NCBI GenBank assembly: GCA_951406725.2
Contig: OX597823.1
Location: forward strand, 64,418,001-64,482,000
Origin: Octopus vulgaris
Lineage: Eukaryota
DNA length: 64,000 nt
Direction of reading: 5' to 3'
Position numbers and translations under genes: made by a program. Shown here piece by piece: positions 1-13,266 of the stretch. The notes under the pieces were generated by a model. That model was not told the origin of the DNA. It ran no database searches and was given only the letters and a program-made list of their open reading frames with translations. Positions within the stretch are counted from its first letter, which is position 1; every line of letters begins with the position of its first letter.

Positions 1-410
1 ATATAACATTGCTGGCCAGTCATGTCTGGCAACTAAGAGATGATGGAATCCCACACTTGATCTCATGGAAGGTCCTCAAAAACTCAGGCCCCCACATCAA
101 TGAGATGAAGCACTGGAAGCTATGTGTAGTTGAACATGTGAGAATCCTAAAAAATGTGCTCAAGCCAGGGAGCATCTTTAACTCCAGAATGGAGACTTTT
201 GGCCTGTGTTTGCACTTTAGGAAATTCCTGCTAGCGTTTTGGAATTCACAAGTTGGCAAAGGGTTTTACATTCATAGGTGTTTCCCTCGCTCCATATTTT
301 GAAAAGGTCTTAGGCCAGCAGGTCTTGGGGGTCAGATGAGACACCATAGAGTTAAACCCTTTATGGACTGGAAACCCAGGGTAATCCCATAAACCACCCT
401 TCCTTAGTAA
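1..410 (+). mobile_element. Penelope-like element 3' remnant (GIY-YIG endonuclease C-terminus) followed by a degenerate hammerhead (327-388)
   Basis: TLASHVWQLRD..I...ISWKVL...KLC..EH..I...FNSRME....C.H..KFLL resembles the PLE endonuclease tail. It is followed by gggggt-CAGATGAG..GAAAC-CCAGG-GTA-atccc. Confidence 0.7.
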
Positions 411-415
411 AACAC

Positions 416-475
<60 letters not shown>

Positions 476-819
476 TCTGTGTTTATCCCCCTACCATCGT
501 TTGACAACCAATGTTGGCATGTTTACATCCCTGTAGCTTAGCAGTTTGGCAAAATGAGACCAATAGAATAAATACTAGGCATACAAAGAATAAGTTCTGG
601 GGTCAATTTCTTTAACTGAAGGTGGTGCTCCAGCATGGCTGCAGTCATATGACTGAATCAAGTAAAAGAGTAAAAGAGAGAGAGAGAGAGAGAGAGAGTT
701 ACCACATCAAAAAAAAAAGAATACACATACACACACATTTAAATATACAAACACATATTTACGCACACACACACACATATATATAGGTAGATAAGTAGGT
801 AGGTAGGTAGGTAGGTAGG

Positions 820-898
<79 letters not shown>

Positions 899-1740
899 GT
901 AGATCAATAGATAAAAGGAGGTGCTCCAGCATGGCCACACTCAAATGACTGAAACAAGTAAAAGAGTAAAAGCGTAAACAATAGATAAATAGATAGATCA
1001 ATAGATATAGAGAAATAGATATGTACATAGCTACATATGTAGTCTGGTTGGAGGTAGGCAGGAAATTAGAAAGAAAGACAAATTGATAGACAGATAGGCA
1101 TGCAGGCAAACAGGCAGACAGACAAACAGACAAGTAGGTAGGTAGGTAGGTAGGTAGGTAGGTAGGTAGGTAAGTTGGTAGGTAAGTAGGAAGTTAAGAA
1201 TGTTGGTAGGTAAATAAGTAGATAGTTAGATTGATCAACAGCCATATAGATTGCCAAGAATGTGTCTTTTGAAAATGAAACAATGTTGAAAAACTGTACC
1301 ATGACAGATTGTCTAAGCGCCGAAAGGTTTTGAAGAGTTAACAAACCTTTAACAACTTGGCCTACTTTGTGATACTTTGTAACACTATCACTACTAAAAA
1401 GTTTGGAAGAATTTTTTTTTTTTTTTTTCCAAATTTAAAAGAGGAAAAAATGTTGAAGACTGATTAAATGCAAAATAGGAAGGAATGGTTTAATATCGGG
1501 AATATTTTCATTGAAATTTATCGAAATCTTGTCGTTGTTATTAAGGAAAGCATTTTGTCAGAATCCAATATTTTACTAATTGGTTCAATTCAACAAACAT
1601 GATGATTGTTCTGATTCAAATAAGGCTCTTCATGTCCATTAACCTGAGGAAAGGGGAAAAGCGGAAATAACTGGGTGAAGCTATTATTTGCAGCAATATC
1701 CAGTGTGAATTGTTGTGGTTTACTGACAAGAAGTAGTATC

Positions 1741-2296
1741 GGTGGTGGTGGTGGTGGTGGTGGTGGTGGTGGATGTGGAGGTGTGGGTGAGAAGAGGTGA
1801 GAGTTTAAGTGGGTTATATGTATGCAGCAAAATAAAGGGGATTTTTTGGTATTTGGTACATAAGATAGAATTGTTTCAAGAAATGAATTACCTAGAAATG
1901 CTATCATCGTCGTCGTCGTCGTCATCGTCATCATCGTTATCATCATCGTCATCATCATCATCACCACCATCATCACCACCATCGTCATAATATTCATCAT
2001 CATCGTCGTCGTCGTCATCATCATCGTCATCATCATCATCATCATCATCGTCATCATCATCATCATCATCATCATCGTCATCATCATCATCGTCATTATC
2101 ATCGTCATCATCATCATCATCATCATCATCTTCATTATCATCATTGTTGTTTTCCTTATTGTCACCATTGTTATTGACGTTGTCATTGTTACTGTCTTCA
2201 TCTTCATTGTTGTTTTTGTCACCAACATCATCATCATCATCATCATCTCTGTCCGCCTCCACCTCCCCTTCTTCCTCCTCCTCACTGTCGCCGGCG

Positions 2297-2330
<34 letters not shown>

Positions 2331-2450
2331 AATTGTAATCATCTTTATCATCATCACTGTTATAGATTTTGTCATCTTTACTGTCTTCACCTCTGTCATT
2401 GTCATTCTTTTTGTCATCATTGTCCATTGTCATCATCATCATTGTCATGA
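1741..2450. repeat. (GGT)n and (CAT/CGT)n trinucleotide low-complexity tract
   Basis: Direct reading. It explains the poly-D/poly-M/poly-S ORFs. Confidence 0.9.
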
Positions 2451-3542
2451 TTCTTACATATCTACTTTCTGTGTTGTTGTGGTCAGCACAGGTTATCAGA
2501 ATCCAAATCAGTTGTTACAGGAACCCATTTTCCTAACAGACTAGCACTTGCACGTTCTATTCTGGTTTTACTTCTACTGCTGAATGTCCTTTCTATCACC
2601 AACAACTTTTCAGAGTGCACTGTGTGCATTTCATACTGGCACCAGTACCAGGGGGGTTGTCATGTCCTTGGAAAGATAAATTTAAGTGTCCTCTCAACCC
2701 TATGATTTCTCCATTTATTTCAGTTTTATTATGACATCATCAATAAAACATAGACTTCACTATAATTGCTATATGAGAATCACTATTTGATTCTCATATT
2801 ACATCAAGAACATGTACCGGCTGGTGTAGGAAAATGGAATTATTTAGCAAATAAGTAGTTAAGAGACCCATCCATAAGAAAAGCTATAGTTATGTTATTT
2901 ATGCTAACATATTTAATGTAAGGTGAATTAGAAATCTAATTATAAGTAATTAGGTGGTGAAAAAAAGTATTTGGTGATGTCTAACATTAATTTTATTTTT
3001 CCGGAATAAGACAAATATATTTGAAATTCTGTTTCCCAGATAAATGAAGATAATATATGCTATTAGCTAATATTGCTTTTTCCTCACTGGGAAATTACTT
3101 CTAGTCAATTTTTTAATGTCCCTTACACTAAATATCAGATTTAGCAAGTAGCATCATGAAGTTAATTGCCTTCTCTCATATCATATTTACATTAAAAAAA
3201 TCTAAATTTTCACTCATTTAGTTAGTCTCTACATTATATGAGGTGCTGTACTAACATAATTGATACCTCAGAAAATAGTAGTAAGTTGGATCACTATAAG
3301 CAAAATATCTTAGCATAACTAGGAATTTCAGTGACTGACCCTTCCTTCAGGGGCAGAATACACTTCAGCCCCTAACCATTGTTAACGGTCTACAAAGCTA
3401 AAGTGAGGTCCACAAAGGAGTATTGATATTACATCTGGGATGGTGCTTTTGCATACATTTATAATAGCCTCTCGATTCTGAGACAGACAGTTCTGTAATT
3501 TCATGTTGAACAACCTTTGATTCAACAAGAACACAAACGCGA

Positions 3543-3775
3543 AGGTGGTGAGTTGGCAGAAACGTTAGCACGCTGGGCGAAATGCTTAGCAGTATTTCAT
3601 CTTCTGTTGCATTCTGAGTTCAAATTCCGCCGAGGTCGACTTTGCCTTTCATCCTTTCGGGGTTGATAAATTGAGTACAAGTTATGCACTGGGGTCGATG
3701 TAATTGACTTAATCCCTTTGTCTGTTTTTGTTTGTCCCCTCTATGTTTAGCACCTTGTGGGCAATAAAGAAATAA
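3543..3775 (+). mobile_element. tRNA-derived SINE family B with TSD aagaacacaaa (other copies 12131-12365-, 17887-18095+, 39670-39900-, 56303-56524-)
   Basis: Shared ggtggcgagctggcagaa...gagttcaaattcc...ctttcatcctttcggggtcgataa consensus. TSDs of 15-16 bp at the 39.7 kb and 56.3 kb copies. Confidence 0.85.
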
Positions 3776-4252
3776 GAACACAAATGATTTATTTACTGTA
3801 ATCAAATGGTTAGTTCACTCTGTCCACTGCAATGACATTACTTGTATGGGTGCATGGTGTGCCACACATCAGATGTCACAGTGATCATAGAGCAATGTGA
3901 GATGAACTGTTTCACTCAAGAACTCAACACATCACTTGGTCCAGGAATCAAATCTACAATCTGATAATCATGAGTACAGCACTGTAACAACTTGGCCACA
4001 TGCTCTCATGCAAACATAGATATCTGCATTCAGAAATGGGCCACTCGACTGATTGGCTTAGAGTCAGAGACAGGCACACTCTAGTCTCTGGCTCACGGGC
4101 ATGCTGCCTCCTCTCCTTGCCTTTTCTACCACAGCTTCATGGTATTCTATTTATTCTAGTTTCATTTACACCAGAATATATTTGTTAAGATATTTTGTGT
4201 TTTACAAGCTTATATACGTATATTTATTTAATTATTTTATTGTTTTTATCTT

Positions 4253-4335
4253 GGACCTGAAGAGTGACTATATTTAAATTGAATTGATTTTACTGTTACC
4301 GGTTTTTAAATATAGCTACGAAACACGTGTAGTCC
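4253..4335 (+). ncRNA. Minimal type I hammerhead ribozyme motif (intact core)
   Basis: Stem I GGAC/GTCC, core CTGAAGA, long stem II (ctatatttaaa...tttaaatatag), GAAAC, palindromic stem III ACACGTGT, GUA cleavage triplet (cut after 4331). Confidence 0.8.
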
Positions 4336-5120
4336 TTTTACCAATTATATACTTTTTATTTATCATTTTGTACATTACTTAATCATTGGTATATGTTTTT
4401 ATCTTATATTTAATTTTTTTTCCATATGGTATAATTTAATTATTTCATTGTTGAATTGATAAAAGGTAGTTTTTTTCTAATCTATATACATTTATTATAT
4501 TTTGTGTGTATATATATATATATACACACATATACATAACGGGCTTCTTTCAGTTTTCGTTTACGAAATCCACTCACAAGGCTTTGGTCAGCCCAAAGCT
4601 ATAGTAGAAGGCACTTGCCCAAGATGCCACATAGTGGGACTGAAACCGGAACTATGTGGTTGAGAAGCAAGCTACTTACCACACACCCGCTCCTATGATA
4701 TACAATCGTTTTCAATAAAATGTGCATTATAACCTTCTTTTTTTGTTTTTAGAAAAGTAATTGCTTAAATGTTTACCATAGCTGGATTAATTATTGATTC
4801 AAGCAGCTGCTGCTTTCCAGTCAATTGTATTTTAATCAACAGCTTTGATAAATTGACACCAAACTTGTATAAGTCAAATCTTTGCAACCCCGCCCTCCCT
4901 TCACACTCAAAGACATACACACGCACAAACGCATACATTTCACAGGTTAGTGAAATATGGTGTATTCAATTAAGAAGATGGTGGAAAATGAATTTCATTT
5001 CATTTATGCACCTGCACTGTGTAGCAAGTTTTGATCAATGAACCTCTACACACTTTGGTCAACTTTTGTGCATGCACTATTGGTAGTTGTACTGGCTACG
5101 CATGTTTCTTTTATATAATG

Positions 5121-5179
<59 letters not shown>

Positions 5180-5202
5180 GTATGTATGTATATATATGTA
5201 TA

Positions 5203-5251
<49 letters not shown>

Positions 5252-5523
5252 TTATATGTATATATGTTTATATAGACACACATACACATATACACACACA
5301 TACACACATCTAAAAATACAGATGAGTGGACAAATAAACGAAAGTGGTATTGTGCATTCAGTAACAGTTACATACTTATTTAATAAAAGTATATGTGTGT
5401 GTGTTTTTGTGTGTATGTGTGTAAATGTGTGTACAGTGTGTATTTATGTACACACACACACACACACACAGATATATATACGTGTGTGTGTGTGTGTGTG
5501 TGTACACATATATATATATATGT

Positions 5524-5564
<41 letters not shown>

Positions 5565-6421
5565 TATATATATGTGTGTACATATATACATATATGTATG
5601 TATGTATGTATGTGTGTATGTATGTATGTATGTATTTATGTAAGTATGTGTGTATGTATGTGTTTAATATACTTTTATAAGTTAAGAAACATGTTCAGTC
5701 AAGCAAAGTTACTAGACTGTTTCTTGTGAAATCATGCTTCTCTGGGCAGAAAATACAATTAAATATTCATCAAAGATACTGATAACGAAGTATAGCCAGG
5801 GCTTTCCTTCTACTGAAGGTGCAAATACAGCAAAAGTTTTTAAAAAATCTAAAAAAAAAAAAAATATCTGGTTATGCCAAAGTTCATTGATACAAATAAA
5901 CTGTTTTGTTTCAGCAAAACTGGAATGAAATATTGGTGACATGATGCTGGAAACTTTTGCAGTTGCTATTTTTATTTAGTCTAAGAATAATTTATCAGTT
6001 TTTAATTGTGGTTTTTGATGAGGCCAAGTAGGTTTTGCTGAAGCCAAGCAGCATAACCTGATGCTAATATCTGCAACACCAGTGTAAAAATCTCTGGCTA
6101 TATTGCACTGGTCAACAAGGTCTGATGATTGCCTAATCGTATTTTCCACTCAGGGAAACATGATTTCATAAAACTACTCTTTAACTTTTTGCTTGTCTGA
6201 ATATGGTTCTTAATTTATTTTACTGCAATAAAATTTGCCCTGTCTTTTATTTTATACTGAGTCTGCTCATTTTCCTGATCTATAAACCCACCTTGGACAG
6301 GTATATATATATATAGTTAATCCAAACAAGAAAACACAAAAAAACAAAAAAACACAGCAACGCAAGGACGTGGAACAAATAAAGTATTATTGGACGCTCA
6401 GGAAAGAAGGGAAGAAGGAGG

Positions 6422-6456
6422 GTTTAACGTTTCAAGTGGAGCTCTTCGTCAGAAAC
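6422..6456 (-). ncRNA. Minimal hammerhead motif, weak stem II
   Basis: Minus strand reads GTTT-CTGACGA-AGAGCTCCACTT-GAAACGTT-AAAC. It lies in a short element bounded by (TA)n. Confidence 0.55.
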
Positions 6457-6539
6457 ATAGGAGAAGGAAAGATCCCAAGAAGGGAAGACAGAGGGAAAAA
6501 AATCACCAGCGGTACTCACGAGGTCACATATTGAAAGGT

Positions 6540-6591
<52 letters not shown>

Positions 6592-6593
<2 letters not shown>

Positions 6594-7510
6594 TGGGTTG
6601 GTAAAAAAAGTTTGTAGTGTTTTTTAAATGAAATCCATTAACAATATTTAGATATTTGTACATCCCTTTTATTCAACCACATATTTGCCATTTTGTTCCA
6701 CTACCTTTCTTCATCTTTGAGGCAGCTTCATGATCCCATCCTCCCATAACCTGGCATCATTTTGGGTCATGGACTGATCTAAGTAGTTTTTACACTCTTT
6801 TAAAGAATTGAACTTCTTCTCTTTAAAAGAATTATGCTGGGATCAGAATAAATGATTTTCTGAAGGTGCAAAGTTAGGTGAGTATGGTGAGTGGGGTAGG
6901 ACATCCCACTCAAGCTGCACCAATTTCTGCCTGGTCTGCAAAGAAATGTGCCACCTAGTGTTGACCTGATGTAAGACAACACTCTAAGTTGGTCAATTCT
7001 GAATGTTTTTTACCAATTGCCTCCTTTGATTGGTCTAATTGAGAACAATAATAGTCTGAATTTAACATCTGATTTTGTGGAAGTAGCTTGTAATATACAA
7101 TGCCCGTTCAATCCCACCACATATAGAGTATCACCTTCTTCAGATACAGACCAGCTGAAAATGGTTCATTTCGTTTTTCCCAGGAAAATTTTTGTTTCAT
7201 GTTTTAAATAATCCATTTCTCATCACGCACGATCATTCTATTCAAATATGAATAATTTTTGTTTCGCCTGAACAGAGAATTGCAGATGAAAATGCACGCT
7301 ATTATTTTTTTTCTGTTAAGTCATGAGGCACCCAAACATCAATGATTCACATAACCAAATGTTTTTGAATGCTTAATAAGGCTCACATGAGAAACATGGA
7401 GAATCTCTGTGATGTCTTGCTTTGTGTGACATGGATTTTATTTTTTATTAAAGTCCCGATTTGTTCATTATCAATGACTGTAGGCCTGCTGGAATGTTCA
7501 TGATCTTCCA
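6592..7510 (-). mobile_element. Decayed mariner (DD34D) transposon
   Basis: Minus strand encodes PHSPYSPNFAPSENHLF (cf. HPPYSPDLAPSDYHLF). TIR-like end ttgggttggtaaaaaaagtt lies next to (TA)n. Confidence 0.7.
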
Positions 7511-7519
7511 GAATTAATA

Positions 7520-7963
7520 GTCAAGACTATTTAAGCATCTTATCTGATCAAATTGATCCTATGGTTGCGGAATTGTTTCTGGGGGGAAATGCAATCTTTC
7601 AAGATGATAAAGCGCTGATACACACAGCTAAAGTTGTTACTGAATGGCATGAGGAACATTCTAGTGACGTTGAACATCTTATCTGGCCATCACAGTCCCC
7701 AGATCTCAATATTATTGAACATTTATGGTGCATTTTAGAAAAACAAGTAAGGAGTCGATATCCTCCACTATCATCACTACAAGAACTGGAAAATGTTTTA
7801 GCTGAAGAATGGACAAAAATTCCTTTGGAAACAATTCAAACTTTGTATGAATCGATATCTCATAGAATTCAAGCTGTAATTACTGCCAAATGCAGTTCTA
7901 CCCCATATTAAAATAAATTTGTTTGAAATTTTAAGGCGTTGCCATTATTTTGTTCAACCCCTG
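7520..7963 (+). mobile_element. Tc1 (DD34E) transposase 3' fragment with terminal repeat
   Basis: ORF 7561-7911 has IFQDDKALIH...WPSQSPDLNIIEHLW. It ends ttttgttcaacccCTG followed by TA. Confidence 0.85.
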
Positions 7964-10602
7964 TATTTAGTATTGCTGTTCACTTGTGTCCAAGGAAGGC
8001 CATCATTACCTATTGTGACCAGTGTGTGCTCAGACAAATTTATACTTTGCACTTGTGGCTTTACAGGTGACTAACGAACCTAGCTTTTGATAAACATACA
8101 TTTCTACTGATATTGCAGACCAAGCTTTCCCTATTCATCAGACTGGTGGTGCATTTTTGAGCATCTTGCTGAAACTCTGCATGAAAAATGCCGGTGTTTT
8201 TGTCAAAAATCTCCAAGCACATACATGCTTACACACACACACAAACACACACACATGCATATACATACATACACACACACAGATATATACATACATACAA
8301 ACACACACACACATACAAAAAAAATGCATGTATGTGTGTGTATGTACACATGTACATACATACATACATACATACATACATGCATACATACATACATACA
8401 TACATACATACATACATACATACATACATACATACATACAAGCATACATGTATATGCTTTAATGAGATAGAGAAGTTCAAAAGCAAACAGGTGAATAATG
8501 AATGAATACAACTAATCCTTGGAATTAATATAAACAGAATAGTGCACAACAACAAATCTTGTCTTTTAAGGAAATAATTGCTTTATTGAATTATTATGCA
8601 TGTCCAAACAACAAGAATCAAAACAATAATGTGTACATGCATTTATAACATGTTTTGTCAGACTGAAACATGAAATAGGATTTCCACTGTTGGATTTCCT
8701 CTGAAAGAATGATTTCTCCCTAGAGACGATGCATGTAAATAAGACACACACTCCGAGTAGTGTCACTGGACTATCAGACACCCCATCAGTGATAGACACA
8801 ACCTGATTCCTTGGAGATTAACTGTGGACAACTGTTCTTCACTACAGAAATCAGGGTGATCATTCGGTGTACAAGTAACATAACTGCCAATTATAAACCC
8901 ATGTGGGTATATTTACATTTCTGAAGAAAAAAGAAACCCTTCCCCCACCCCTAACCCTAACCCTAACCCTAACCCCACATCATCATCATCATCATCATTT
9001 AGCGTCCGCTTTCCATGCTAGCATGGGTTGGACGGTTCAACTGGGGTCTGTGAAGCCAGAAGGCTGCATCAGGCCCAGTCTGATCTGGTAGTGTTTCTGC
9101 GGCTGGATATATATAAAAAAAAAATTTACGGAAAGTGACGATCTTCTTCTTCAAATGTAAACAAATAGACGTGATGTAGAAACGGTACTCATATCGAAAG
9201 AATGCCGAAATCAGCAAACAAAATATTTGCTGATGCATGCTTAGACCTACAGGCTGATACTAATTTATCATGGGCATGCAAAACAGGAAGACTAAGAAAA
9301 ACAATGTTTACATTATACATTCTTAACATATTCTGGTTGACTTAAATGTGAACTTAGCTTTTCATTGTTGGCCTTTTTCTCAGAGAAACCTTTTCTTTAA
9401 ATGTATGTATAGTACACATATGTTTCGATGTTTAACCTATTAGCATTCAGATTATTCTGTCAAAATGTGATGCTTATTCATTCACATTGTTTTGAATCAA
9501 TTTTGCATTATCTCAAAGCTTTGAGATTTTGATGTGGTAACTCTCTCTCTCTCTCTCTGTCTTTTACTCTTTTACTTGTTTCAGTCATTTGACTGTGGCC
9601 ATGCTGGAGTACTGCCTTTAGTCGAGCAAATCGACTCCAGGACTTATTCTTTGTAAGCCTAGTACTTATTTTATCAGTCTCTTTTGCCAAACCGCTAAGT
9701 TACGGGGATGTAAACACACCAGCATCAGTTGTCAAGTGATGTTGGGGAGACAAACACAGACACACAAACACATACACACATACACATATATACATATATA
9801 TGATGGGCTTCTTTCAGTTTCCATCTACCAAATTCACTCACAAGGCTTTGGTCGGCCAGAGGCTATAGTAGAAGACACTTGCCCAAGGTGCCACGCAGTG
9901 GGACTGAACCCGGAACCATGTGGTTGGTAAGCAAGCTACTTATCACACAGCCACACCTACACCTAACTGTTAATTTTTAGAATGATATTGTAGGGTTGGT
10001 GTGAGAGGCCAAATCTGGTCAGTTTGAACATAAAGCAGGTAAAATGTTGTGGCTGTCTATGGCCAGTTTAAATGCTTGAAGGTTAATAGTAAAAGTATTG
10101 AAGTATTCTGACAGAATTGTTAGCACACTGGGCAAAATGATTAGTGACATTTCATCCATCTTTACATTCTGAGTTCAAATTCCACCAAGGTTGACTTTGC
10201 CTTTCATCCTTTTGAAATCAATAAAATAAGTACCAGTCAAGCGCTGGGGTCAATATAATTGATGTACACCCTTCCTCGGAATTGCTGGTCCTGTGCCAAA
10301 ATTTGAAACCAGAGTTAAAAGTGTTTTGAGATTTTATTCAGAAGTTTTGTAATGATTTTTGCTGTAGGAACATAACTGCTTTTATGTATACTATCAAATT
10401 TATGGGATTTTCTTTTTTGCTTTGCGTAAGTTCATTTAAAGTTACATTTCCCAAGAACCAACCAACAATATTAAATGAGGGTTGACAGTACTTACAGCCA
10501 TAAGCCGTATTTTAGCTAAAAGCAACAAATTTCATTAACGCTTTTAGTAGTTTGGATATTTCTGGAGAACTGTGAAGTCCCATTTACGAATGAATCAATC
10601 AC

Positions 10603-10692
10603 TATTAGCTTCCATAATATGATTCTTTAAATCTCGTATGTCTTTCTCCTCGCTTTCATTATTTTTGGGATTTATAGTATTTCTCTCATTCT
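10603..10692 (-). CDS. Candidate symmetric 90-nt phase-1 exon, antisense gene
   Basis: Acceptor ctgactatttcAG. (E)NERNTINPKNNESEEKDIRDLKNHIMEAN. The donor GTgatt is weak. Confidence 0.25.
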
Positions 10693-11440
10693 CTGAAATA
10701 GTCAGGATTCTAGATTTCCCTTTTATATAAGAAGCTTACTTATGTTTTGTAGAATACTGAAGTGTTGGTAGATTAGTCTTTTACAGTTTATTACAGCATC
10801 TAATTAGAAGATCATATAAGAGAGTGGTTGATGCACTGATGTCATGTTATCATATTTAATGACATAGTCCTCTATCCTCACATTTTTTCCTTCTTCTTCT
10901 TGATAAAGTAAGAAAATGTCTCGTAAAATATTCATTTGCAGTATCAACTAATGCTTAAGCTAATATGACAGAAACAATTAAATCAGAAGATTTATATTGC
11001 TACTGTATTCAATAAATTAAGGATGAATTTTTTTCATTACACTTGTAAAATTATCTTTCGTAGGGAGTTTATATCACTTAAATAAATTTCAAATTGATGT
11101 TCATGTGCACAGAAAACAGCAGCAAAAATCAGAATGATGGCATTCATACTCATTCAGCTTTGGCTGAGGGGACATAATGATGTTGAAACACCAAGTGTCC
11201 CAAAGTCTCCTTGCACAAATGAAGCAAATGTGTTATGGATACACATTTGTCTGAAAGAAATTCTTCTTCAGTACTGATGAAATACAACAGTAATTATCAT
11301 ATTGATATCCAAATCTATCAGAACATATTATGAATGAATACGAATGTCTAATATCAAATAAAATACAAGTAAATAAAAAATAAGAAAATGGAGATATAGC
11401 ATTTAATAAAGAATTATTATCAGCAAAAATCAAACATAGT

Positions 11441-11526
11441 CCCTTACAGCTGTTTCAATTAAGCCCAATAAAGATTAAATAAATATTACTAAAATCATTT
11501 TTGGAGGCAAAATCTCTTCAGATGGG
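11441..11526 (-). ncRNA. Hammerhead motif with intact core but eroded stems
   Basis: Minus strand: cccat-CTGAAGA-gatttt...taatt-GAAAC-AGCTGT-A-aggg. Confidence 0.5.
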
Positions 11527-12518
11527 TTGAAAAGATATACCCTTAGGTTTTTTTATGTGTTGCATTATAGAATCATCACAGTAGACTCATTTGAATGATA
11601 ATAAACCACGGTTTATATACAAACCTATTATTTTATGAATATTATTATTCCCCAAAAAATATTATGTATTGAACAAGTAATTCCTTGCATAATACCATCT
11701 CTTAACGAGGCTAATTTAACCTCTAATTGAATATAATACAAGTAATATTTTCGATCCCAGTAGCAGACATTATAGCCAGTTCTACAGTTCTAGAGTTAAT
11801 CAAACTGTAACCCTGTTTAAGATTTTCTATAATTTATCTTTTACTTGTTTCAGTCATTAGACTGCAACCATGCTGAGGTGCCACCTTGAAATTTTAGTTG
11901 AATGAATTAACCCTATTACTTATCTTTTAAAGCTGGCTAATATTGGTGTTTTTTGTTGAATCATCAGATTACAGGAACATAAACAAATCAACACCAATTG
12001 TCAAGCAGTGGTGGTGGTGGTAGTGGGGGCAAACAAAGACACAAAAACACACATACAAGTTTGCACATGTACGTGGATGCGTGCGCGCGCACACACACAC
12101 ACACAAATGCAAAATAGGCCTCTTTCAGTTTCTTATTTCTTTATTGCCCACAAGGGGCTAAACATAGAGGGGTCAAACAAGGACAGACAAAGGGATTAAG
12201 TCGATCACATCGACCACAGTGCGTAACTGGTACTTAATTTATTGACTCCAAAAGGATGAAAGGCAAAGTCGACCTTGGCGGAATATGAACTCAGAGCTTA
12301 AAGACAGACGAAATACCACTAAGCATTTCGCCCAGCATGCTAACGATTCTGCCAGCTCGCCACCTTCTTTTAGTTTCTGCCTACCAAATCCACTTACAAG
12401 GCTTGGATCACCCTGAGGTTTTAGTAAAAGACATTTGCCCAAGGTACCATGCCATGGAACTGAGCCCAGAACCATGTGATTGGGAAGTAAACCTCAATGA
12501 AATATTTTTATGACTTGC

Positions 12519-12597
12519 CTCTCAAACCAACTTCTGTAATCTTGGATCTAACGTTGTAATTTTGTATGGTGTATGTGGAGGCGAATTTTACAAACCT
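12519..12597 (-). CDS. Candidate exon of the same antisense gene (GC donor)
   Basis: Acceptor gctgtttcAG, donor AG/GCaagt. Only phase 0 is open: RFVKFASTYTIQNYNVRSKITEVGLR. Confidence 0.35.
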
Positions 12598-13266
12598 CTG
12601 AAACAGCCTTAACATTAATAGTGAAAAATCTACTGCTTCTTGCAGAAGGGATTATTTACTTGTAGTGACATAGAAGTTTATTGCACTGCATTGTCTGTGA
12701 AGAGGACAAAATGCCTTGTTGTATTTGTTGTAGTCACCAGCACAATGAGTTCAAATCCTTCCAAGGCCATTTTTGTCTTTCATCCTTTTGTAGAAGATAA
12801 AACAAAATACAAGTCCAGAATAGTAGATAAGCTCAGTGCTGTATTAACCATTGAACAAAATAAGCACATGCTTAGAGCATCAAAAGAAGTGGGGACACCA
12901 CAGAAATGGTAAATAGTTTACACCACAAAAGAAATAAACCTGTTAAAATAATATTCAAAGTGGTTTATATGATTGGAAATATAATTCCTAAGTATTCATG
13001 GTGTTATAGTGTGGAACCAATCAAAGGCTTTGCAATGAAAAAAAAAATGGAGAAAACCTTTCAAATACAAGAAAAGTGGAAGTATACAAAAACAAAACAT
13101 TATTTTCCATCTTAGTGTTAGTCTTATTTTATTTTGAAAAATAAATATTTATTTTATGGTTTATTATTGTTTATATTTTGAATTCGATATATATGGGGGC
13201 ACCGAAATCTTTTAAGTGCTTAGGACCTCTATGACTCTTAATCCAGTCCCGGATATGCAGACTCAC

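Noticed and set aside
1590-2448. Poly-Asp/poly-Met ORFs (186 and 276 aa) resembling acidic shell-matrix proteins
   Set aside because: They are (GAT/GAC)n microsatellite, abundant throughout the window. No signal peptide or splice context.
5031-5729. YI/CV/HT-repeat ORFs here and throughout the ORF track
   Set aside because: Translations of (TA)n, (TG)n and (CA)n microsatellites.
6120-6170. CTGATGA...GAAAC hammerhead-like words
   Set aside because: Stems I and III cannot be formed convincingly.
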